Positions 24,801 to 36,800 of a stretch of 38,702 nt of DNA are shown here, piece by piece (the first letter of the stretch is position 1; every line of letters starts with the position of its first letter). The position numbers and the translations under genes were made by a program. The notes under the pieces are model-generated. The model was not told the DNA's origin, did no database searches, and was given only the letters and a program-made list of their open reading frames with translations. The stretch is from Candidatus Omnitrophota bacterium (lineage in GTDB: Bacteria; Omnitrophota; Gorgyraeia; Zapsychrales; Zapsychraceae): NCBI GenBank assembly GCA_015233495.1, contig JADFXQ010000013.1, positions 1 through 38,702 of the forward strand, written 5' to 3'.

Positions 24801-27800
24801 GGAAAAATAATATCTCCCAAAGGTATATAACCAACCGCAGCGCGAAACTCCGTCAACCAAAATCGGATGCTGGCGCATCAGACGGGTCAGCAATCGCACG
24901 ACTTTGCAATAACCCGTTCCCAGCACCATTAATCCGCAACGTACCATGGCCTCTTTCGCGCTGATGCTGGTTCCAAATCGGGCGAGGACCTGTTGCGCCA
25001 TCTTTTGTTCCAAATAGATCGGCAGGACAACCGCCCGATCCAACATCCTCATTCCCTGCGCACTCTTTTCATAAGGAGCACCTTTATGTTTTGGAAATAA
25101 AAGTTTTTGCGCATAATGCCGTTGCCGGCCGAGTAGTTCGGAGATTTCAATGGACGAATATTGCGGTTTTGCTAAAGCTTCGGCTAAAGAATATAAAACC
25201 TCGGAATCGGTTTTCGAAATTCTCTGTTGATCATCACTCGCCACAATCCCATTCTCCGCCAGACGGATCACAAAAGCGGGATCAACGCCTAATCGGGCCG
25301 CGACCTCTTGCGGCTCATAGAAACGGATAGGCTCAACCGCCGGCGGCAACGGCAAAGCAGACTCGACGCTGACCGCCGCTTTACGGATCAGCCGACTCTT
25401 GAGAAAATTACTAAAACGTGTTGTGCCGGATTCCAAAGCAGCGGGTGGCGCCGTTCTGCTAAATATAATGCTTATGTAATCGAACGCCAAATCCGCACTG
25501 CGAGGAGCGTGACAATTATCCGCAAGTGCTTCAACAAATTCCGCCATATCATCCTGCCCGGGCAAAGGAACGCCGAGAAATTCCACCCTCCCTTGCTTAT
25601 AGAGCGCGACGATTTCCCGCAAAGCCGCGCCCATTTCTCCGCGCTCGTTCATCCTCTCACCCCGACGATAAATCGAAGTCAAATCAGGATAGCTGATAAT
25701 AATTTTCCCGTCATCAGCCAGCCAATATTTCGCGCCGCTGTCTGTCGTAAAATAAACAGAAACCGCCGGCGATGCGGAAATGTGTTCGGTTAAAATATGC
25801 CGGATTGGATCATATTCCCGGCGATGCGCGATTCTGCGCGACACAACGTCTCGGCAACCGTTTTCGATCCGGACTGTTTCGGCAAGCGCGACTTCTAAAC
25901 TTCCCGCGGCCGTAATCAAACCATGGCGGTTCAGGCGAATCGCTGAATATTTTCTGATATGTTCCCGCACAGCACGGACCAATTCGTCGCTGCCCGGATG
26001 CAAATAAGGAACAACCGGTATATCCCGGAAGTGTTTGCCGATCAGCGCCAGCGCTGTCGCGATCGGCGCGTGCGTGTGCACAACTGCGTTGACATCCTCG
26101 CGGGTGAGATAAATGATCCGGTGAAAGGACGCTTCGATACTCGATTTCCAATTCCCTAAACCGCGTACCGGCCGGCCGGTTTGCAAATCAATGCCCACAT
26201 ATTCTTCCGGAGACATAACAGCAAACGCTTTTCCCGTAGCTTTGATGAGCATGATCCTACGGTCTTCGGGTAAAACACTCGTGTTCCCGCTGGAATGCTT
26301 TACTAAACCGGCAGCGGCAATCCGACGGCCAACGCTCTGCAATTGCAACCGTAACGCCGCGATTTCCGCTTCGTCATATTCCAGATCAATGGGTTCCTCT
26401 GCTGTCTCCAATACGGATTTTCCTTGAGGAACAGGATGGTATAGCCCCAAAATCCTTTGACATTGTTGTAAATCAAAAGGCTCCACCTGCCCGCCCACAG
26501 CCAATGTTGCCGCGATCTTTACGGCTGTGTCCTCGACCATGCGAATCCGCATCCAGGCCTGGGCAAAATCCTTGCCGCGGCTGAAAATCCCGTATTGGCG
26601 CGTCATCACCACCGTATGGCGAGACAACAAATGGGCCAACATTTTCGGAGTTTCATCGACGTCATTCGTCACAATATAAGACATCGCGCCACACTCATTT
26701 AAATGGGAAACATGGTCCGGATTAAAGGAAACAATCTGCTGATTATTTTCGCGTAAAAAGCGGGCCACCGGCGGGTCAGCTTGGGCGATACATATTTGAG
26801 GAAATCGCGACTGCAGGATGGAAAACAAATCATCAACCCACTCCGGCCCAGCCCGGATCCGCGTCGCAGACAATTCCGGCGAGCTCAGTTCATCGCCGGT
26901 CACAACCAGAATCCACTGACTCCCCGGCAAACCAGCCCGGCCCAAAAACCCAGAGCAAGAATTCGCCGGTGAAGCTGAAGCTGCTATCGACGCGCCAACT
27001 TCTATCTCGTAACTAATAGGACCATCGTAGGGGCGCCCCTCGTGGGCGCCCGCTTTCATCGGAGTAAAGTGTGTGTCCCTTAATTCTCTGGATGAGCTCC
27101 GTAAATTTGCCGCGCGATAATGACCTTGACTTTTTGGCGAGCCCATAGTATTGTTAAAAACAGAAAGAGGTTTATAAGTATGGTCAAAATTATAACCGGT
27201 ATTTATGAACAAGGCATTATCCGTCCTTTGCGCCGGCTCCCATTTTTCAATCGGCAAAAGGTTGAATTGCGGATTGAAATCCCCGTTGAAACCGCGCGTT
27301 CCACCAAGGCCATCATTCATGTCAACCAACGCGCCGGCAAAATCATTTCCGAATCTCCCCATTTGAGCTCCCTGGAAAGTTAAACCATTTTCAAATAACG
27401 ACGCGCCAAGTTCTATCTGATCACTCGTAGAACCGTCGTAGGGGCGCCCCTGGTGGGCGCCCGGCGTCGTTGCGCGCTCTGATGACGGGCGCCCACGAGG
27501 GGCGCCCCTACGACTGTAATCTGATATGACCGCGGAAGAAGCAGCTGGAAAACCCTTACTTGGTGAAGCGGCGAGAAAATCCGAATCTTTTAATACGGAT
27601 TTTGTCGCAAAACCGATATAATACCCCTTGGGTAAAGAAGGCAGATCCACCAAATCTTTTCCTTGGCCCGGCGCGCGGTCCACGGCCAAATAGAGTTCGA
27701 TCTTGCTATCGGAGATTGAAACATTTCCCACATAGGTATAAAGAAATTTTGTCCCGAGCCCTTCGATCGTTAGAGCAACGGAAACCGGCATATAAAAGAA

Positions 27801-30800
27801 ATCGCCCCAATCTTCATTCCCCCGCTTATGAAATAATACTTTTTTCTCTTTCAACCCCGTCTCCAAACGCGCCGCTGATGCCTTGAGTTCATTTCCTATA
27901 AAATATTGATACACATAACTGCCGCGCAATGCCTCGACAACCGCATTATCCACCTTGGTTTCATCTTCCTTCGCCCGATTTCCCGCTGGCTCGTCCGTCC
28001 AGGGCATATCATTGTCGTCCCTATCGCTATCATATTCTTGTTTGGACATCTGCATCGTCTGTGCCTCGACAACTTGGCGCGCCCTTAATGATTGTTGATG
28101 TCGTCGACGCTGTGTCCATTGCGCCATACGCATTTGCCAGTATCCAAAGAGCCCAAACCTACCTGCTGATATGATAAAATCGGAAAAAGATATCAACCCT
28201 ATTGCTAAAACAATGATCCAGAACAACCACGGAAACGTGACACAGAAAGCCAAACAGATCACAAACATCGCACCCCACACGGCAAATCGAATGACACGCG
28301 CGAATATAACGATCCCTCGGAAAACAGCCGGGTTGACGCGGTTTTGCTGTTTCCAGAAAACATCGCTGCAATATCCAATCAACCGCGCCAACCCGTTGCG
28401 CGGCATTCGCTGCGGCGCATTGTCATCGCTAACCGGCGAAGAAGAATAAATTGAGATTTGACGCCATTTAATCGGGCTGGACACCTCCCCCTCGGGACCG
28501 CCGGACGCGTCTTGTGGACCCGACATTGCGATAACTTCTTGTATGCCCCACACCTCTCCCTTAACTCGGACTTTCGACACGAGGCCGAGAATAACGTCTA
28601 AAGGCAAACCGGTCGACTGCGCCAGCCACACATGCGGCGCCGATTCTTGGTGTCCCTGATAATAATCAAAAGCCGCTTGGAACAAAATGTCGATTTCGGA
28701 GGGACAAAATTCCATTTCGGTCGTCAAGATGAGCGTTTCCCCTTTTTCCCGACGTTGCGTATTCATGGCTTTAATGAGCCAACTGATTTTGTTGACTGTC
28801 AAATCACATCCTAAAATCTTACGCAGACTCTCGTAAGACGGATAACCATAAGGATATGCTCTTTTAAATCTTGCATAGCCGCGTATGACACGCGTCGGCA
28901 CAATATCATTTTCATTCGCGACAGAAAAAAGTTCGACGCTAACATAACTGCCCGGGATATATTCGATGGCCACCCATCGATTGTCCGGCGACAAAGCAGC
29001 CGGCTCCAACTGGGTCATCAGACCATAGAAATTTTCAACTTCCGGGACACCGGCATACCGAACCGCAACATCTCCGGTGATTGTCCTTAAAGCATTTAAT
29101 TGTTGAATCCCTTCGTCGATAGGGAAGACCGCATTCCTGATCTCGTCCGCTTTTCCCGTCCACGATTCATCCGGATCAGGCGCGGCCAAAATCTGTTCCA
29201 GTCTTGAGCGTTCTTCCGCCGCGGCCGGATCATCCGCAGTTGTCTCCCGCGCCGAAACCGCGCCTGCACGGGATCCTGTGGATGAAGTGCCGCACTTTAT
29301 ATCTAAGTAATGCTGAATCGTTCTAAATGGAAATCCCGGTCCCGCCGGACTGGAACCAGCTCGATCCGGCAAAGCGGCGGTCGGGACCATCTGCGACTTC
29401 GGTGAAACTTGGCGCAACGGAATGGCCGTGGCCATATCCTGGGATTTGAGTTCTCCCTGCTCATCAATGGACAACACCCGCGTCACGAACATCCGAAACA
29501 ACGGATCGCGAAACATAAACGTTCGATATAATTTCCACGCGTCGTCAAACGCGCTGGTATCGCGGCAATTTACCCTCACCTTTTCATACCCCCGGAATTC
29601 AACGAAATCCGCTGACCGCGCCAGGGTTTGGGCCTGGTCCGCAGTCATGACCGTATCCATGATCGGCAAAGTCAATCCGGATTCACGCATAATCCGCCGG
29701 ACATCTCCGGAATACCCTATCACCGAACTGCGCTCCGCGAACGCTATCGCCGGAGATAACAAAGAAGGCAGAAGCGCGTAGAGCAGGGCCCAGGCACCGG
29801 CCAAATGTTCAGGAATGTTCGCGGCCTGTACAGGAAGGCTAACCTCCCATTCCGGCCGTTGAACGTCCGGAAAAAATCCCCGCATCGATGCTCCGCGGGA
29901 CGGACGGTCCGGACAACCAACGGTAATCAACGGCACAGACGGGTCAAGATCATAGCGGACATCCGCGCGCAAACTGTAAAAAAGCAATTTGTTGTAAGCG
30001 CCGCCATTTACTAAGGAAAAGGAATAGATGATTTTAAAAACATCGGCCGCGACTTTTCGCAAAATATCTCTCAACGCATCGTCGGCAGATAAAAATGGCG
30101 TTTTCACCGCGGCAAAATTCTTATAAGAATATCTCGTCCATTCACTGCCTCGTCCCGGGACCGGAAACCGATATTGATGAACAGCATACGGCCGATCCAA
30201 CGCCATAGTCAAAACCATGCCCTGCGGGGTACGCCGAACCGATGTATCCAAGGCATAACGCACGGACCGGTCTGTATGCGCGGCAAACGCGTCCGTGAAT
30301 TCGCCGAAAGGCAAAAACGCGTCCCAACCCGCGGCCGGCGAGGAATACAACGGATCAGCCGGGCTGGACGCGACGGGGAATCCGGCGGCTTTCAAATATT
30401 TTCTGAGGATCGCGAAATTTTCCTCATATTTCCACATTTCAGATTCGTTGCGCGGCTGGCGCAAATCCAAATGGAGCATCACATCGAATGGGTCCATTTC
30501 GAAAGAGCGATAAAATTCCAGGATCTCGTAAACTTTCGCGGTCAAGGCCTGACCAAAATATCCTCGATGGTTTAACCGGGGACCTAACAAAGCCATTGCC
30601 ATTTGCAGATCAACGCGGTCGATATTCTTAAACCGGACCACGCCGTTTTTCTTGCCCCAAAATGGAGAAATCACCATCACATACGCTCGCGGAAATATAG
30701 TTTTGATCTCCTCCAGACCTTGCCGGGAAGCTGTCTCGAAAACCGGGACCTTCCCCGAATCGATGCTCCGGATCAACTCGCTTTTACGCGTAGCGTGACT

Positions 30801-33800
30801 ATTCCGGATCAGGCAAAGTTCTTGTTGCCGGTCTAACGCGGCAAATGTATCCGCGTCAACAAATTCGCGTTGTCCCGATTCCCATTCATCATCAAACCGC
30901 ATCGGCCGCGTGGTCAACACGGGAACATACACATACCATTGCGGATAATACGCCAACAAAGCGCTAACGACCGCGGATTTCCCGCTCGACATTGATCCCA
31001 GAAACACCAACACCCGAGTATTGGGGAATACTTCCTCCCGATATTCCGTCCAATAATCGGCATTCCCCGCCAGCGGACTGGCCGCCTCTGACGCGGACAT
31101 TGAGATCTGCCGCCATTCAATCGGGCTGGAGCTTTCGGACGGGCCATCCTGTTCCGTATGTGGATTTGCATGCCCATTCTGCAAATAGATATGGATCGCT
31201 TCCAAATCATAGACAATCGCCTGGCGAGCGTCTTCTGCCCGGGCGTTTATACCCCGACCTGCGTCCCCGAAATTTTCTTCCGAGACAATCGTGGGAATAT
31301 AACCCACTCCGGCCAAGGCATTCCCCAAATCATGCGTGAAATTTAAAAGCAGATCTTGCGGATCAACATCATCTTTGACTCGAGAATTCAAAGGCAGCCG
31401 CACTGTGAATTCAGAAAAACGATGCAACACGCTATTGACAGCAACGGTTCCGCCCAAGGCCCGCGCAAATATCTGCACAATATAAAGACCTTTGCCCGTG
31501 CGTTTAACGCCTTCCCTCACCTTGACCTCCGGCACAATAAAACGGCGCTCGAAAATTTTCGTCCAATACCGTTTTGCAATCCCGCACCCGTTATCACGCA
31601 CCAAAATCGTGATCCAGCCGGGCGAATCATTTTTAACGCTGACATAAATCTGGCCTCCATAGGAAGTATATTTAATCGCATTGGTGATTAAATTTTCCAA
31701 AATCCCGCGCAACAGCTCGGACGCGGTACGCAGGCGCGCCGATCCGTCGGAATCGATAAACAACTTTTTTTCCTGGGCCGACAAAGACGGCCGATGTTTG
31801 GCGCGAATGGCTTTTATCATTTTCTCAATATCCACGTCTTCCGGCTTTAATCCCCGGCCGCTTTTCACATTCATGACTTTTGTGATAAATCGTCTTAAAC
31901 GCACGCCGATATCCGCCGCGATCAATATGCTGTTTTCAATCTGCGGAATAAATTCCTTTTTATCATCCGCAGCCAACTTCGACTGATCGATGTTTCGGAA
32001 TGCCTGACGCAGCACAGTTAATTGATGTAAACAATCATCCATCAATCGCGCCGCTCCAATAATCTGGGAATTCGCGTATGCCTCAAACCACGCCCCCCGC
32101 GCCGCGTTCATCGAAACCAGCATCTCGATAGGATAAATAAAAACCCCGGCGAGCAAATATCCCTCGCTCAAAATCCGCCAAACCAAAAACATATTCGAAT
32201 CCATAATCACCGGATAAATCCCAGACATCAACCCCGCCGCCGCGACAAACCCTATTCCCACCCCCAGCAGACGGCAAAAATCAAATCCTTCCTTAAATTT
32301 TATCTCCATTGCCAAATGGCCTTGCGGCGTGTTCTGCGGATAAATGGCCGCCAAGATCGCTCTCTTCAGCCGTTGCCCATCCAAAGTATTGACCAAAGCT
32401 GTCCAGTCCATTTTTTCAAAAAGAATTTTCGATCCGACCCTCTGCAATTTTATCGCAGTTTCAATGACGCTCTTTTGATCAGCGCTTAACTCCTCGTTAT
32501 GTCGAAGTTGCTCATAAATCGTAAAGATATCCGGGCTGTTGTTTAACCACGCGACGGCTTCTTTGGCCGAAGATAATGCCGGCATAGATGTTTTTGCATC
32601 CTGGCAGATTTTTTGGATCAACTTTTGAACTTTAGCTAAATCATTTTCAAATTCACTCGCCCGAAATTCCATGGTTTCTGCCAAATGAATATTTCCGCTC
32701 AAAATATCCGCTACTTGAAACTCCGCCAATTTCGACCGCTTGATCAAAGCCTCGGCCAACCGGCCCAGAGTGTGCGCCGCCAGATACGGCCAGAACACAA
32801 TTTTTAAAACCAAGTTCAACCACCCCGCCCGCCCAGAAAAGAAATTAAAAACCACCGGATCCCGCCCCGCCGCCGGCGATGCGGCGTTTCTCGTCGAGGC
32901 GATCCCTTCCGCCGGCGAGGAGCAAAGCAAGTCTCCCACGACACAATGACCTTGACATGCCGTCAAAGACGCTGTAAACTTTTTATGAAAGAGAGGTAAA
33001 CCGCCATGAAACCGGAAATTCAAAAATCCTTGGATCGGGTCAACAAAATCCGCAGACTGATGTCCAAAGCCAGTTCGCCTTTTCGGGGAATGACCAAACA
33101 ACAAATGATCGATGAAATCCGCAAGACCCGAGAAAGACTTTGGAAGGAAGAAAAACTTGCTGTGCATCCTCGATAGCAATGAATACATCTTCGGGCTCGG
33201 CGCTGTCCGTGAGCCCATTTGCGAAAAACTCATAGAAGAAATCATCAAGTCTTCCGGTAAAATAAGTGTTCGTTTACCAAGATTCATTGTCAAAGAAGTG
33301 CGCCATAATCTCACTCCGGAAGCGTTTAAAGAATTCATCATCCTCATTAACAGCTTAACTGTTGTCGACGAAGATTCCGAGGTGCCGTTTGATCTCGGAG
33401 TAAGATTCGAATCCTTAGGATTAAAGATGGCCGATGCATTCATCGCCTCATATGCCGCGCCGGTCACCCGAATGTCCGCCGGACTGCTGACGCTTGCCCC
33501 GGCCGGGCTGGAATGCGTGTGACCTTGCGGGCCATGCGTATGACCGTCAGCGCCGTGGGTATGTTCACCCGCTTTAATTTCCTGCGAAGCCCGGTCATAG
33601 ATTCGACGTAAAGCATCACGCGTTTTCCCTTTGCCCAGCGCCTTCTTAATATCAGCGATACTGTCATTGCGCAACGCGCCTTGCTGCATGGCCTGGGCCA
33701 CCGCATTGATCAGTCCTTCAAAATCTTTATCTTTCTCCCCGGATTTCAAATAGCGGATCACTGCCTGAATCGTGACGTTCTTCAAATCATGCTTTTCGCT

Positions 33801-36800
33801 CTCCCCGATCTCCGTATCCAAATCCTTATTGCTTTCCTTGACCAAAACCTCGGACAATTCATCCAGCATCTCTCCCATGTCTTTTGTGCTGTCGTTAATC
33901 GCCTCCCTAATCTTATCAGCCTCGTCTCCCGCGGCCGCCGCGATTTCGTCTGCACGCTCGGCAGTCAAGGCATCGTTGTAAACCATCCGGTCACACCAAG
34001 CAAATACCGACGACAGCATCATTCCGGACACCAGCCCGCCGATGGGCGAAGAGCTGACCGCGGGTGAGGCGGTGGTTTCGTTCTGATTTTCAGACAATAA
34101 TTGCTTCAAATCCGCGAGGGTTAAAATTAAATCATTTTCCGAAAACAATCGCTCAAGAGTTTGCAATCCAAATTGCGGGTCTAACCACACACCAACATAG
34201 ATGTCTCGATATTTATATAAAACGAAACTGATCGCTCCATACAAAGCAAAGCCGATCGTACCGACCGTAATGACTTCGTTTGCCGTCTGCGGACGGGCAT
34301 AAGGCCGCAGTTTTTCCAGACGGCTTATAAAATTTGCTACATTGTCATATCCCACTTCCGCACTGAATTCGTTGACTTCCCGTAAGGTAGGTTTAAAATT
34401 CCTTAATTTTTTGTTCTGTTTCTCAGCATATTTAACAAGCAAAGATTCCGAATCGGAAATGATGTCCGCCAATTCCGACGGATTCATGGCAACGGCAGCC
34501 GTTTGCGCAACGGACGGAACCGTATTTCCCGCGCCTGGGAGCGTTGCCGCGGGCGCGGGAGGCGTGACAATCGTCCCCGGGGTCAATGGCGCGGCCGGCA
34601 GTGTGACCACCGGGTCCGGAGTCAACGGCGCCGGCGGGGTCTGTTGTTTTGCGGCCACGTTGAGCCAATACGTTGTCAATCCGTCTTTTGAAATCACCCC
34701 AAACTCGGTCCCTTCGATCTGAAGCGCTTGTTGTTTGATTTCCAACAGTTTGCGCCGGACATTTTCCAGAGACGGAAGCTCTTTTAAAAGTTCTGCCGCA
34801 GCGGCCGCGACGCTTTCCTCATCGCTCACTGCCTTGCGCATATGACCGTACAATATCTTCGTCTCGCCATCGCCCATTTCTCCGTCGCGCGTCACCCCTA
34901 TCTTGATTGTGTCCCCGGCTTGCTCCCAGCTCAAGCGGATCATGCCCGCGTCCGCGCCCGTATTGTGCGTTTTCGCCCAACGGATAAATTCGCTCAACCA
35001 AAGATCAGCGATGTCCCGCGCCGGTTCACCGCGGCCGGCAAACATCGGCATAATTTGTTGATCGACCGCCGTGGTCAATGCCGTATCTTGACGGCCTTTC
35101 GCAAGATTGTGATTCGCCTTCGCGCTCCCGGGGGCCGTCATCGCGACCGCACTCATCGGTTGAAACGGCGCCATGACCTGACGGTCCGCGTCAGTCAAAG
35201 CTTCCGCCGCGCCGGCATACGGCGCAGTCAAAATCCGCGTCAATTCAGCTTCGCTCAAACCTTGTGTCTCGTCGATCATCCGGTCGATTGCGGCCATCAG
35301 CTGGGCGAACGACACGGCCGCCATTCCCTGGGACGCGTCTACGCTTAAGCGGCTCGCTTCCTGATTCTTCGGCGTGATTTTCAGCCCCAACCCGCCATCT
35401 GATTTCAAATACACATAAATCGTGCCCCCGTCCAATGCCTCGCCCTGGCTGTGCGCCCGAATGATTTCATCCGCCAGAGGCTGGGCCACTGTCTGCTCGA
35501 TCAACCGCCGCATATTCCGCGCCCCGTGCGCCGGGTCAAATCCACAGCGCACCAGCGGATCATAAATACTCACCGCGGCCCGCGTCCCGTCGGGCAGACT
35601 GTCCACCTGCAGACTGTATCCGCGTTCGCCCAACCGTTCCTCACCGATTCGCCGCTCCAGCATGATCCGCGCCACTTCCCGAATCTGCTCCTCAGTCAAC
35701 GGCACAAACGGCACAATCCGGTCAAACCGATCCACAAAATACGCCTCGTATTTTTCCTTCAACCCTTTGGTCGCTGCCGCGCTGATCACGTCATACATCT
35801 GATTCAATATCGCTTGCACCGCATCCGGACTTGTCACCAGATCCAAATCCTGCTGTAACCGAACGCGCGTGCCCGGATTCTGCTCCCGGCTGATCGATCG
35901 CCGCAACGCTTCAATGGCCTGCTCCCGGTTCACAATTTTCAACAAATTCCCCAGCCGGTCGGTCTCGTCCTTGACCGACTCCATCCCGATGTTCGACGTG
36001 CAAATCATCAACGTATTGTTGAATCGCACCTCGCCCTCATTGTCCGACATCACGCCTTCTTCAAACAACGCGCCCAATGTCTGCACCACTTCCGGATGAG
36101 CTTTTTCAATCTCGTCGAACAAAATCACCTGATAAGGTTTGCGGCGCACCGCGCCGGTCAACGCCCCGGGCTTGTCTGACCCGATATATCCCGGCGGCGC
36201 GGAATGGAATTTCGTCTCCGCCCCAGGGAACCGGTATTCCTCCATATCCAATTCGAGGATCGCTTTTTCCGAACCAAATAAAAATTCCGCCGACGCCTTG
36301 GCCAACGCGGTTTTTCCCACGCCCGGCGGGCCGACGAATATGAACACACCCATCGGCCGTTTCGGGTCCGTTAGCCCGGCCCGCGCCCGCCGCACCGCCT
36401 GGGCCACTGCCCGAATCGCCTCATCCTGCCCGATCACCCGTTTGCCCAAATGTTCTTCCATGCCCATCAACCGCTTTGCGTCATCCAATGTCAACTGCGC
36501 CAAATCAATCCCGGTCTTTCTCGCCACTTGACTACGCACCATGTCTTCCGTGATATGCAATCGGCCGTTCATCACTAGCCGGTTTTGCATCAATCCCGCG
36601 TGATCCAGCACCAACCGCGCAATCCGGTTATATGTCCCCAATTCAGTTTTCCCTTCAATCCCGCGTTTCTTGCAGTCCAAATAACTTGCGGCTTCCAGCA
36701 TCAGCTTGCTCACCAATGACCGTTTCGACCGTTCGTTCCGGTCCTGCTCGTCGATATACCAGGTTATTGTCTCTTCGAGCAGTTGCACGGCTTTATCCGG

